From Bacteroidales bacterium UBA1195 (GTDB lineage Bacteria > Bacteroidota > Bacteroidia > Bacteroidales > WCHB1-69), in assembly GCA_002309855.1 (NCBI GenBank), contig DBYD01000035.1, positions 9,054 through 73,053 of the forward strand: a stretch of 64,000 nt of DNA. Direction: 5' to 3'. Below the pieces are notes generated by a model. That model was given only the letters and a program-made list of their open reading frames with translations, had not been told where the DNA came from and searched no databases. Each line of letters starts with the position of its first letter. The first letter of the stretch is position 1. The translations under genes were made by a program, and so were the position numbers. Positions 26,599-36,264 of the stretch are shown here, piece by piece.

Positions 26599-28712
26599 CA
26601 GGCGACATGCTTCCCTTCTGGCAGACGCCCGTCGAATCCCTCAAAGGTGTGGGCGGACGCAAGGCGGAAATACTGAAAAAGGAGCTTCAGATTTTTACGC
26701 TGTACGACCTTCTTTTCTATTTCCCTTACAAATATGTGGACAAATCCCGCTTCTACCGCATCAGCGAAGTGCCGATGCATGCGCAGTCATACCTGCAAAT
26801 AAAAGGGGTAATCACCGGCATGCAGGTTATTGGCGAGAAACGGGGAAAGCGTCTGGTCGCATTGTTCCAGGATGATAGCGGCAGCATGGAGCTGGTGTGG
26901 TTCAACGGCATCGCCTACATGGAGAAGAACCTGAAGCTGAACCGTCCGTACGTTGTGTTCGGCAAGCCGCAGCTGTTCGGGCAGCGTTTCAGCATCACCC
27001 ATCCGGAAATCCAGCTGGAGGAGGAGCGGGCGAACAGCGGCATCTCCATCCCCTTCCAGCCATTCTACAACACATCCGAAAAGATGAAACGTTCCGGACT
27101 GGACAGCCGGAACATCAGCCGGCTCTGCATGCAGCTGCTGAACGGATACAGCCACCGCATAGAGGAGAGCCTGCCGCACCACCTTTTGCAGGCCTGCCGT
27201 CTGATGCCGCTGCGCGAAGCCCTTACGAACATCCATTTTCCACAATCCGACGCTCTGCTGAAAGCCGCACGCTACAGGCTGAAGTTCGACGAAATGTTCT
27301 TCCTCCAGCTCCAACTGCTCCGGCACAGGCAGAACCGGCAGGTTTCACAGGAAGGATTCCCGATGCCGAAAATCGGGGACAATTTCCACAAATGCTACGA
27401 AAAGCTGCCATTCGGCCTGACCGACGCACAGAAAAGGGTGATACGGGAAATCCGCAACGACCTTGTTTCAGGAAGGCAGATGAACCGGCTGCTCCAGGGC
27501 GACGTGGGCAGCGGAAAGACAGTAACCGCACTGCTTGTCATGCTGATCGCAATCGACAACGGATTCCAGGCCTGCCTGATGGCGCCTACGGAAATCCTGG
27601 CCGAACAGCATTATGAAAGCATAAGCCGGACGCTTGCGGAGAGCGGGCTCCGCGTGGAGCTGCTCACCGGAAGCACCAGGAGCGCACTGCGGAAAAAAAT
27701 GCTTGAAGATCTGAAGAGCGGTGCCATCGACCTGCTCATCGGCACGCATGCGCTGATTGAAGATAAGGTTGAATTCGGCAATCTCGGTCTTGCAGTGATT
27801 GACGAGCAGCACCGCTTCGGGGTGGAGCAGCGTGCAAAGCTCTGGCGGAAAAACGACCCGCCGCCCCACGTGCTGGTGATGACCGCCACCCCCATCCCCC
27901 GCACCCTCGCCATGACCCTTTACGGAGACCTGCAGCTTTCGGTCATCGACGAGCTGCCGAAAAACCGCAAGCCGATTCTCACATACCACTACAGCCAGCG
28001 TGCATGGCCGGAGGTCTATCCGTTTGTACGCAAGCAGATACAGGCGGGCCGGCAGGTCTTTGTGGTCTTTCCGCTGATTGAGGAATCGGAGGCGTTGGAC
28101 CTGCAGAACCTGATGGAGGGATACGAAGGGTTCAGCCGCGACTTTCCGGAGCCATATTACCACATCAGCTTGGTGCACGGGCGGATGGACAGTGCGGACA
28201 AGAACCGCGAGATGGAGCGCTTCGCAACAGGCAAAACCCAGCTGCTGTTGGCGACATCCGTCATTGAGGTTGGAATTGACATACCGAACGCAAGCGTGAT
28301 CATCATCGAGAACGCCGAGAGGTTCGGGCTGTCGCAGCTGCACCAGTTGCGCGGCCGTGTGGGACGTGGCAGCGAACAGTCATACTGCATCCTGCTTTCC
28401 GGAGACAAGCTGACCGCCGAGAGCCGCCGTCGGCTCCAGGCCATGGTGGATACCAACAACGGCTTTGAGCTGGCCGACTTCGACCTGAAGCTGCGCGGCC
28501 CCGGCGACATGTCCGGCACGCGGCAGAGCGGCATGATGGACTTCCGACTGATTGACCTGGCAAAAGATGAGAAAATCATAAGCTATTGCCGCGAAATCGC
28601 CAAAAACCTGCTGCGCGAAGACCCGACACTCGAAAAAGATGAGAACAGGGAAATACGCCTCCATCTGGACGAAATCGCAAAATTCCGCGTTGATTATTTA
28701 CAAATCAGTTGA
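26595..28712 (+). CDS. recG: ATP-dependent DNA helicase RecG
   Basis: It has an N-terminal wedge domain and helicase motif I (GDVGSGKT). It also has DEQHRFG, TATPIPRT and QLHQLRGRVGRG. The start at 26595 overlaps the RHH stop. Confidence 0.9.
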   Translation: MTGDMLPFWQTPVESLKGVGGRKAEILKKELQIFTLYDLLFYFPYKYVDKSRFYRISEVPMHAQSYLQIKGVITGMQVIGEKRGKRLVALFQDDSGSMELVWFNGIAYMEKNLKLNRPYVVFGKPQLFGQRFSITHPEIQLEEERANSGISIPFQPFYNTSEKMKRSGLDSRNISRLCMQLLNGYSHRIEESLPHHLLQACRLMPLREALTNIHFPQSDALLKAARYRLKFDEMFFLQLQLLRHRQNRQVSQEGFPMPKIGDNFHKCYEKLPFGLTDAQKRVIREIRNDLVSGRQMNRLLQGDVGSGKTVTALLVMLIAIDNGFQACLMAPTEILAEQHYESISRTLAESGLRVELLTGSTRSALRKKMLEDLKSGAIDLLIGTHALIEDKVEFGNLGLAVIDEQHRFGVEQRAKLWRKNDPPPHVLVMTATPIPRTLAMTLYGDLQLSVIDELPKNRKPILTYHYSQRAWPEVYPFVRKQIQAGRQVFVVFPLIEESEALDLQNLMEGYEGFSRDFPEPYYHISLVHGRMDSADKNREMERFATGKTQLLLATSVIEVGIDIPNASVIIIENAERFGLSQLHQLRGRVGRGSEQSYCILLSGDKLTAESRRRLQAMVDTNNGFELADFDLKLRGPGDMSGTRQSGMMDFRLIDLAKDEKIISYCREIAKNLLREDPTLEKDENREIRLHLDEIAKFRVDYLQIS

Positions 28713-28713
28713 C

Positions 28714-29694
28714 ATGAAGCTTGGAACCTACACTTTCGACCGCCCCGCACTCTACCTCGCCCCGATGGACGATGTGACCGACGCACCGTTCCGTGACATC
28801 TGCCATCGAATGGGAGCCGATGTCACCGTCAGCGAGTTCATCGCCTCCGATGCACTGATAAGGGAGATAGAGGTGATACGGCGCAAATTGATTTCAGGAC
28901 CGGACGAGCATCCCTTCGGCATCCAGATTTTCGGCAACAACGCCGAAAGCCTCTGCGCCGCCGCCCGTCTGGCTGAAGAGTGCCAACCCGACTTCATCGA
29001 CATCAACTGGGGATGCCCCGCGAAGAAAATCGCAGGGAAGAATGCCGGTTCCGGGATGCTTCAGTATCCTGACCAGCTGGTGGAGATAACCCACCAGGTG
29101 GTGCGTTCCGTCTCGCTGCCGGTCACCGTCAAGACACGCATCGGCTACAACGACGCCTCAAAAATCATTGTGGAGCTTGCCAAACGGCTGCAGGAGGCCG
29201 GCATCCGCGCCATAGCCATCCACGGACGGACAAAGTCGCAGATGTACAAGGGCGAAGCCGACTGGAGCCTTATCAACGCCGTAAAGAACGACCCCGAAAT
29301 TGAAATTCCCGTAATCGGGAACGGTGACATAACCTCCGCCGAAACCGCGATGCAACGGCTGGCCGACTGCCCGCTGGACGGAATCATGATCGGAAGGGGC
29401 GCAATCGGCAACCCCTGGATTTTCGCCCGGTGTCGCGCCCTGCTGGAAGGGAAGCCTCTGCCTCCGGAACCGGATCTGGCGGAACGCGCCCGCATCTGTG
29501 AGGCGCACCTGCGAAGCGCCGCCGCACTCAAGGGGGAACGCACCGGAATGCTTGAGATGCGCAAGCACTACAAACCATATTTCAAAGGGTTACTGAATAT
29601 TAAGGAACAAAAAATCAAAATGCTGACATCCGACGACATCCAGGAGGTGCTGGATATCCTGCAGGAGATGCAGCAAACCACACCAGAAAAATAA
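28714..29694 (+). CDS. dusB: tRNA-dihydrouridine synthase
   Basis: It has LAPMDDVTDAPFR, INWGCPAKK and a TIM-barrel Dus pattern. The ATG at 28714 follows the recG stop. Confidence 0.85.
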   Translation: MKLGTYTFDRPALYLAPMDDVTDAPFRDICHRMGADVTVSEFIASDALIREIEVIRRKLISGPDEHPFGIQIFGNNAESLCAAARLAEECQPDFIDINWGCPAKKIAGKNAGSGMLQYPDQLVEITHQVVRSVSLPVTVKTRIGYNDASKIIVELAKRLQEAGIRAIAIHGRTKSQMYKGEADWSLINAVKNDPEIEIPVIGNGDITSAETAMQRLADCPLDGIMIGRGAIGNPWIFARCRALLEGKPLPPEPDLAERARICEAHLRSAAALKGERTGMLEMRKHYKPYFKGLLNIKEQKIKMLTSDDIQEVLDILQEMQQTTPEK

Positions 29695-29702
29695 CAACCG
29701 AT

Positions 29703-30317
29703 ATGCAGATAAAGAAAGCCGTTTACCTGAAAAGCAGCGCGAACTTCACGCAATGCCCCCCGCCCGACAAACCCGAGTACGCCTTTATAGGACGCTCCAA
29801 TGTGGGGAAATCATCATTCATCAACATGCTGACCGGACAGCACAAGCTGGCAAAGACCTCCTCCACGCCCGGAAAGACACAGCTGATCAACCATTTTTTG
29901 ATTAATGACAGCTGGTATCTGGTGGATTTGCCCGGATACGGATACGCACGCACCGCCAAAACCCTGCGCACGCAATGGAACCGCATGACCATGGACTACA
30001 TCGGCCAGCGCAGCAACCTCTATTGCCTCTGCGTACTGATAGACAGCCGCCTGACACCGCAAAAAATCGACCTCAACTTTCTGGACATTTTAGGGGAGCA
30101 CGGAATTCCGTTTGTACTGGTCTTCACCAAAAGCGACAAGCAGAGCAGCCTGCGTACCGAACGCAACGTAGAGGCGTTTCTGGAAAAGCTGTCGGAAAAA
30201 TGGGAGGAGGCTCCCCCCTACTTCATAACCTCCGCCGTCACCGGCAAAGGGCGCGACGAGTTCCTGGACTTTGTTGAAAAGACTAACGCTTCCGCCACAT
30301 CCGAAACTTTTTCCTGA
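29703..30317 (+). CDS. engB: Ribosome biogenesis GTP-binding protein YihA/YsxC (EngB)
   Basis: The motifs are G1 GRSNVGKSS, G3 DLPGYGYA and G4 TKSDK. Confidence 0.85.
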   Translation: MQIKKAVYLKSSANFTQCPPPDKPEYAFIGRSNVGKSSFINMLTGQHKLAKTSSTPGKTQLINHFLINDSWYLVDLPGYGYARTAKTLRTQWNRMTMDYIGQRSNLYCLCVLIDSRLTPQKIDLNFLDILGEHGIPFVLVFTKSDKQSSLRTERNVEAFLEKLSEKWEEAPPYFITSAVTGKGRDEFLDFVEKTNASATSETFS

Positions 30318-30382
30318 AAAGCGTGGCATGACATTCATAAATGTGTTACTTTTGTATTTTGAACAATTAAAAAAAACGGACC

Positions 30383-30973
30383 ATGTATATATACAAATTC
30401 AGACTGCTTTATGATGAGATTGAAGGTTTTGTAAGGGATTACGAAATCGGTGCGAAACAGACCTTCAAAGATTTTCACGACATCATCATCCAAAGCATCA
30501 AAGGATTGAACCCAAAAGAGCTGGCATCGTTCTACATTTGCGACCGCAAATGGAACAAACTTAAGGAAATCACCCTGTTTGACATGGATTCCGATGCGGA
30601 CACACTTGAACAGGAGGTGGATGAAGAGGATCCGCAGCACCAGTATCTGACGACAAAAAAACAGGTGATGTCTGAGACGATCCTCAACCAATGCATCAAC
30701 GACCCGCACCAGCGCATAATATACGAGCAGGATTTCCTGCACCTTCACACCTTCTATATCGAACTCATTAAATCAATGGAAGGGAAAGAGGGCAAAACAT
30801 ATCCTGTATGCACACACAGCAGTGGGGAAATGCCAAAGCCTGTCAATCTAAAAGAAGATGATTTTGAAGATCTTATCGACGACTCAGACTTGGAGGAGGA
30901 GGAAGCCTTCTATGATGACGAGGACATTGACAGCCTGAGCACCGACCTCACCGAAGAGCTCGGCCTTTACTGA
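30383..30973 (+). CDS. Hypothetical protein (pRiA4b ORF-3-like N-terminus, highly acidic C-terminal tail)
   Basis: The block YKFRLLYDEIEGFVRDYEIGAKQTFKDFHDIIIQSI resembles the PRiA4_ORF3 pattern. The tail is D/E-rich (DLIDDSDLEEEEAFYDDEDID). Confidence 0.35.
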   Translation: MYIYKFRLLYDEIEGFVRDYEIGAKQTFKDFHDIIIQSIKGLNPKELASFYICDRKWNKLKEITLFDMDSDADTLEQEVDEEDPQHQYLTTKKQVMSETILNQCINDPHQRIIYEQDFLHLHTFYIELIKSMEGKEGKTYPVCTHSSGEMPKPVNLKEDDFEDLIDDSDLEEEEAFYDDEDIDSLSTDLTEELGLY

Positions 30974-30974
30974 G

Positions 30975-31844
30975 ATGGCCACCCTCCTGGTACTGACCGG
31001 CCCGACCGCCTCTGGCAAAACGACTTTGGCCATTCGTTGGGCGGAACGGCTCCGCACCGAAATACTCTCCGCCGATTCGCGCCAGTTCTACCGTGAGATG
31101 CGCATCGGCACAGCCGCACCCACACCAGACGAGCTGCGGCGCGTGCCGCACCATTTTGTCCAACATCTCTCCATCCACGACAGCTATAACGTGTACCGAT
31201 ATGAACAGGACGCTCTCGTCCTGCTTGAAAAGCTGTTCCAAAACCATGAGAATGTGATACTCTGCGGCGGCAGCGGCCTCTACATCGATGCGCTATGCAA
31301 CGGCATTGACCTGCTTCCGGACCCAGACCCGGAACTGCGCGAGAATCTCCACCGGATGCTGCGCGAGAACCGCGTGGAGGAGTTCCACCAGATGCTGAAG
31401 GAGAAGGATCCCGAATATTACGAAGTGGTGGACAGGAACAACCCCGTGCGGATGGTACGCGCCCTCGAAGTCTGCATACAGACAGGACAGCCCTACTCCA
31501 CCCTGCGCAAACAACAGGCTAAGGAGCGCCCATTCCAAATAATAAAATATGCCATCGCACTTCCCAGGGAAACTCTCAACGAACGCATTAACCGGCGGGT
31601 GGAACGCATGATGGAGGAGGGGCTTGAGGCGGAGGCGCGGCAGCTCTACCCGCTGCGCCAGCTGAACGCCCTTCAGACGGTCGGCTACCGCGAGCTGTTC
31701 GACCATTTTGACGGCAAGTGCACGCTGGAGGAGAGCGTGGAGGCAATCAAGGCCCACACGCGGCAGTACGCGAAACGTCAGATGACCTGGTTCAAAAGGG
31801 ACAGCGGCTACCGGTGGATCTCACCGGAAGAGATGCCATTCTGA
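30975..31844 (+). CDS. miaA: tRNA dimethylallyltransferase
   Basis: It has a P-loop (GPTASGKTTLA) and SADSRQFYREMRIGTA. Confidence 0.9.
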   Translation: MATLLVLTGPTASGKTTLAIRWAERLRTEILSADSRQFYREMRIGTAAPTPDELRRVPHHFVQHLSIHDSYNVYRYEQDALVLLEKLFQNHENVILCGGSGLYIDALCNGIDLLPDPDPELRENLHRMLRENRVEEFHQMLKEKDPEYYEVVDRNNPVRMVRALEVCIQTGQPYSTLRKQQAKERPFQIIKYAIALPRETLNERINRRVERMMEEGLEAEARQLYPLRQLNALQTVGYRELFDHFDGKCTLEESVEAIKAHTRQYAKRQMTWFKRDSGYRWISPEEMPF

Positions 31845-31846
31845 CA

Positions 31847-34753
31847 TCAGTACTTGACAATATCCTTGAATTTCAGCTTGACGACTTTTCCGTATTGCTG
31901 CAACTCTTTCAGGTCGATTTTTTTCGCATTCCCCGAAATTCCGATTACCTGAGTCCGGTTTTTGATATATTTAGCATGGAATGCGCGAAGGTCATCGTAG
32001 TTAATGTTCCTGATCTGCGCGGTGGTCTCCGGACGCGGGTCGCTCTCAAAATGCCGGATCTCCTTCCAGTAGCAGACCTGATCCGGAATTCTGCGGAAGC
32101 CGATATAGTTGCTGTTTCTGGTGGAGATTATGTACTGCTGCACCACCGGGAACTTTTCCGGACGTTCGGGAAAAGCGCGGACCAGCTCCATCATGGCATC
32201 CACACCTTCGTTTGTCTTGTCGCACTGGGTGCCGAGATAGCATCCCAAATAGGGATTGTACCGGTTAAGCACATCGTAGCTGAAATAACCGTATGTGGAA
32301 TACCCCAGGGAACGGAATTCACGGATTTCCTGGAAAACGACCGAGTTCATGCCGCCGCCGAAATATTCGTCAAACAGGATGGCCGCAGGAATGTCATTCA
32401 GGTCGAACTTGTCGCCATATTCAGTGACGAAGCGTATGTCGCTTTTCAAAAACGATTTGTTGGTAAGATAGTAAACCACATCGGTGTCATGCCTTGCGTG
32501 AGGACGGACACGCGGAGCCGTCCTTTCAGTACCGTTGCGTACCAGCCCCTTTTCCAGCAGAATGTCCCTAATCCGCTCCGGAGCGGTGTTCCCCACGAAT
32601 GACACATAGCCATCGCGTTGGTACATCGGTTCAAGCAGGGAAACCAGCTCCTCCCCGGTCAGTTTTTTCAGCTCTTTGATTGTGAGTTGTTCAAGAAACG
32701 GTGAATTTTCACCATGCTGCAGGTAGTAGTATAGGGCATAATTCCAAGAGAAATCTTCGTTCTTGGATGATTTCTTGTCGGCCTTGGTCTCTTCTATGAT
32801 ATTCTTCAACTGCTGCGCATCGTGCCTTGGATGCTGTAGTTTCAGAATTGCCAAAGAGAGGATGGTGTCTAAATTTTCCTCAAAACCACTGATTTCCAAA
32901 TAAATGTTATCATATTCGGTGTAGATGCCGAATTCACCACCAAACCTCTTGAGTTCAATCTCGAACTGGTGCAGGTCCATCTCACCGGCACCAAGCATCT
33001 CCAGGTATCCGGCGGCGGTTTCCAGCCGCCTGTCGTCCGCCTCCCCATAATGGTAACAGATGGAGAGAGTGAAAATGTTGTTTTTCGGATTAGGTGAAGC
33101 ATACAGGTTGCAGCCGGAGGTGACAGGCAATGTGGTAACCGCCTTGTCAAAATCAATCACCTGCGGCGTTATCTCATTGACGTGCCGCTCCCCGATCATC
33201 CGTGCAAATTCCGATTCCTCCCCCTGGTTCTGGACATCAAGGTGATCCCAGTCCGGCTTGACGGCAGAGTTTTTCTTCGGCAAACCCATGGATGAGCGGA
33301 TGGATGTACAACGGAGACTGTCGAAATAGCGGTTGGCCACCTCCATGATCTCCTCCCTTGTCATGTTTTGGAGCCGTTCGTTGTCCTGTTCCCATTCCTC
33401 GTAGCTGCTGCCCTCACAGATGAGCTGTTCCAGCAACATGGCGATGCCGTTCACACTTTCAACCTGTTCCAGCCGGTCCCGCAAGTTCTGCATCTTTATG
33501 CTTTCGAGCAGCCGGTCACTGAAAAGACCCTTCTTTACCGAATCGATGCAGTTCCAAATCATCTCCTCGGCTTCCGCGTGTTTCTGCCCGACAAGTTTGG
33601 GAATATAGAGGATCACATTGCTGCCGGCATCCTCCAACGAAAGGGGAATAAGATTAGCGGAGAGCAGTTTCCCACTGGTGGAGAGTTTGTCCATGCTGCC
33701 GTTGCCGCCAGAGAGAATTTCGCTCATCACCTCCAACGTCAGTTTGTCAGGATGATGGTTTGGAACGCCGGGGAAAAACATCAGCCCCGCTTTGATGGGA
33801 GTCTGCTTCACCTCCTTGACCACCCGGCTTTCAAATTTCGGGAGCTCATATTCCGCCTTGGGCTGTGGCTCCCCTTTCGGCAATGCGTTGAAACGCTCCC
33901 TTACCATCTGCAACGCCTCCTCCGTGTTGAAGTCCCCCACCAGCAACAGGGTCATGTTGGACGCCACGTAATATTTGTCATAGAACACCTTCATCTGGGA
34001 AGGCTGCGGGTTTTTAAGATGTTCGTCCAGACCTATCACATCGCGGCTGTAGGGATGGCTGCCGAAGGATTCCCTGAAAATGTTGCGGGTGAACTCATAC
34101 ATCATGTCATTGGCGTAGAGGTTGCGCTCCTCATACACCGCCTCAAGTTCGCTCTGGAAAAGCCGGTACACCGGATTGCGGAAACGCTCCACATATACAT
34201 CCATCCAGTTTTCCAGCTGATTGCTGGGCAACGTGTTATAGTAGACGGTATAGTCATAGCTCGTACCCGCATTGAGGCCGGTACAGCCCATTTTCTGCAG
34301 GATTGCATCGGTCTCATTGGCGATGGCGAACTTGGAGGCCTCGATGTTGAGCCGGTTTATCTCCTTCTGCACGGCCTTGCGCCCCTCCTCATCCTTTGTC
34401 TCGCGCAACTTGTCGTACATCATGCTGATGCTGTCAAGGTAGATCTTCTCATTTGCCCAGTCGGTGGTGCCGATTCGGTCGGTACCCTTGAACATCATGT
34501 GCTCGAAATAGTGGGCGACTCCGGTGTAGGCGGTGTCCTCGTTCTTGCTCCCGGCATGCACGATGACCGCCCCGAAAACCTTGGGAGCGGAATGCTCCTC
34601 GGCCATGACCACCTTCAGGCCGTTCTCCAGGTGAAAAGTCCGCACGTCCAACCGTTCCTGCGGTTGGGATGTTTTCATGACCTGCGCTGAGACGCCGGTG
34701 CACAGACCGATAGTGAGTGCGGCGGCGAGAAAGAGTGTTGCTGTTTTTTTCAT
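31847..34753 (-). CDS. M16 (pitrilysin/insulinase) family zinc peptidase, double-length (968 aa), secreted
   Basis: It has a signal peptide and an inverted zinc motif HxxEH (HYFEHMMFKGT). Confidence 0.8.
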   Translation of the reverse strand: MKKTATLFLAAALTIGLCTGVSAQVMKTSQPQERLDVRTFHLENGLKVVMAEEHSAPKVFGAVIVHAGSKNEDTAYTGVAHYFEHMMFKGTDRIGTTDWANEKIYLDSISMMYDKLRETKDEEGRKAVQKEINRLNIEASKFAIANETDAILQKMGCTGLNAGTSYDYTVYYNTLPSNQLENWMDVYVERFRNPVYRLFQSELEAVYEERNLYANDMMYEFTRNIFRESFGSHPYSRDVIGLDEHLKNPQPSQMKVFYDKYYVASNMTLLLVGDFNTEEALQMVRERFNALPKGEPQPKAEYELPKFESRVVKEVKQTPIKAGLMFFPGVPNHHPDKLTLEVMSEILSGGNGSMDKLSTSGKLLSANLIPLSLEDAGSNVILYIPKLVGQKHAEAEEMIWNCIDSVKKGLFSDRLLESIKMQNLRDRLEQVESVNGIAMLLEQLICEGSSYEEWEQDNERLQNMTREEIMEVANRYFDSLRCTSIRSSMGLPKKNSAVKPDWDHLDVQNQGEESEFARMIGERHVNEITPQVIDFDKAVTTLPVTSGCNLYASPNPKNNIFTLSICYHYGEADDRRLETAAGYLEMLGAGEMDLHQFEIELKRFGGEFGIYTEYDNIYLEISGFEENLDTILSLAILKLQHPRHDAQQLKNIIEETKADKKSSKNEDFSWNYALYYYLQHGENSPFLEQLTIKELKKLTGEELVSLLEPMYQRDGYVSFVGNTAPERIRDILLEKGLVRNGTERTAPRVRPHARHDTDVVYYLTNKSFLKSDIRFVTEYGDKFDLNDIPAAILFDEYFGGGMNSVVFQEIREFRSLGYSTYGYFSYDVLNRYNPYLGCYLGTQCDKTNEGVDAMMELVRAFPERPEKFPVVQQYIISTRNSNYIGFRRIPDQVCYWKEIRHFESDPRPETTAQIRNINYDDLRAFHAKYIKNRTQVIGISGNAKKIDLKELQQYGKVVKLKFKDIVKY

Positions 34754-34873
34754 CAGATTATTGATTAATTTAATTGATTATCTTTTTACCGTTACTAAAA
34801 CGTTTCAGCCACCCGGAATATTACATGCCGCAGCGGAAAAATATTCACCCCTCCACGAGTTCCAGCATGAAGC

Positions 34874-36016
34874 TCATGAAAGCATCCTTCTTTTTATCCA
34901 CAAGCCGAAGAATCTGTCGCTGACACGGTAACGTTTGTTCTCCTCCACAACAAGCTCCTCTTCCAGCAATGTCTTAATGGCCGCCTGCACCGAACTGGCG
35001 GAAGCCAGCTTGTGCCTTTTGACAAAAGCTGCGGAGGTTATCTGCGAGGCCCAACCATCCGCGGCAATGGCATAAAGGAGGGTTTTCTGCCTCAAGGTCA
35101 TCTTTGACAGATATTCCTTGTACATGCTTTCATTGCTATCAAGGACAGCCTGCAACGAGTCCATAACCGTCTCCATGCCGCAAGCCTCGCCCGGCGCAGT
35201 ATTGGAAAAAGCCCCGTTCATAGTTTTTTGGACATAATAGGTGTGCCCCTCAAACATGTCATACACCGTTCCCGCCACTTCAGCCTCAATTTTACGATTC
35301 TTTTCTGAGAATTTTTCGCAGATGAACTCAATATATTGCTCACGCGGGATGGCCGCCAGATCCATATTGTCGGCACTTTTATAGAACGGACGGCTATGGC
35401 TGTCAAACATCAGCCCAAGCATGTGCTTTTCACTGCCTGCAAAAATAAAATGGCAGTTGCCTGACCTTTGCATGTGTCCCCTCAGCAACGCCTCAATGTT
35501 TTTTTCCGGATACCTGCCTATCTGCTGGAACTCGTCAATGGCCAGAATACATGGACGGTCTGCCTGCTGCAGATAGCGGAAAATCTCCTCCAGCGTGTAT
35601 TCCGGCTGTTCAATGTCCCCCAAACCGACACTGAAGGTTGGTGTACCTGAAACAGCATCAAATCCAAAACTGCCGTTGAGACTCCGCAAGGCCTTCAAAA
35701 ACAGCCGGGTCATTTTTTTCCCGCGCGGCATTATCTGCTCATAAACCGCACGGCCCAATTCATGAACCAGCTCCTGCAGACATGTGGTATGCAGTATGTC
35801 AATAAAAAAGGTGTAATATTTCCTTTCCAGCTCAGGTTTGTCGAAACAGTATTGTATCAAACCCGTCTTTCCCATGCGGCGGTCCGATTTCAGCACCACA
35901 TTGTTCCCGTTAAGCAGGAGTTTCACCAATCTTTCAGATTCCGCCTTGCGGTCACAGAAATATTCAGGGTCTATACGACCCGTCACCACAAAAGGATTAT
36001 TCTCGTTTTTAACCAT
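34874..36016 (-). CDS. Orphan ATP-binding protein (Arch_ATPase/DUF234-type AAA)
   Basis: It starts NPFVVTGRIDPEYFCDRKAE, has Walker A DRRMGKTGL and Walker B ILAIDEFQ, and a wHTH-like C-terminus. Confidence 0.65.
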   Translation of the reverse strand: MVKNENNPFVVTGRIDPEYFCDRKAESERLVKLLLNGNNVVLKSDRRMGKTGLIQYCFDKPELERKYYTFFIDILHTTCLQELVHELGRAVYEQIMPRGKKMTRLFLKALRSLNGSFGFDAVSGTPTFSVGLGDIEQPEYTLEEIFRYLQQADRPCILAIDEFQQIGRYPEKNIEALLRGHMQRSGNCHFIFAGSEKHMLGLMFDSHSRPFYKSADNMDLAAIPREQYIEFICEKFSEKNRKIEAEVAGTVYDMFEGHTYYVQKTMNGAFSNTAPGEACGMETVMDSLQAVLDSNESMYKEYLSKMTLRQKTLLYAIAADGWASQITSAAFVKRHKLASASSVQAAIKTLLEEELVVEENKRYRVSDRFFGLWIKRRMLS

Positions 36017-36264
36017 TTAAATTAAATTTTAATAGTTATTCCAAAAACATTCGCCATGTTTTTTCCGTTTTGCAAAGATACAAAATTTTCCATAAATTAT
36101 GCAAAATAAATTATGCAATTTCAATAATTCAAATTGCATAATGGCATATATCATTATTTATCAATAATATATAATACGAATGCGGACTTAAAAATCAATT
36201 CTGCGCAATATTTTGCGCAATATTTTGCAAAAATTGCACAACAAACTGTACAATTTGTCCAGAT

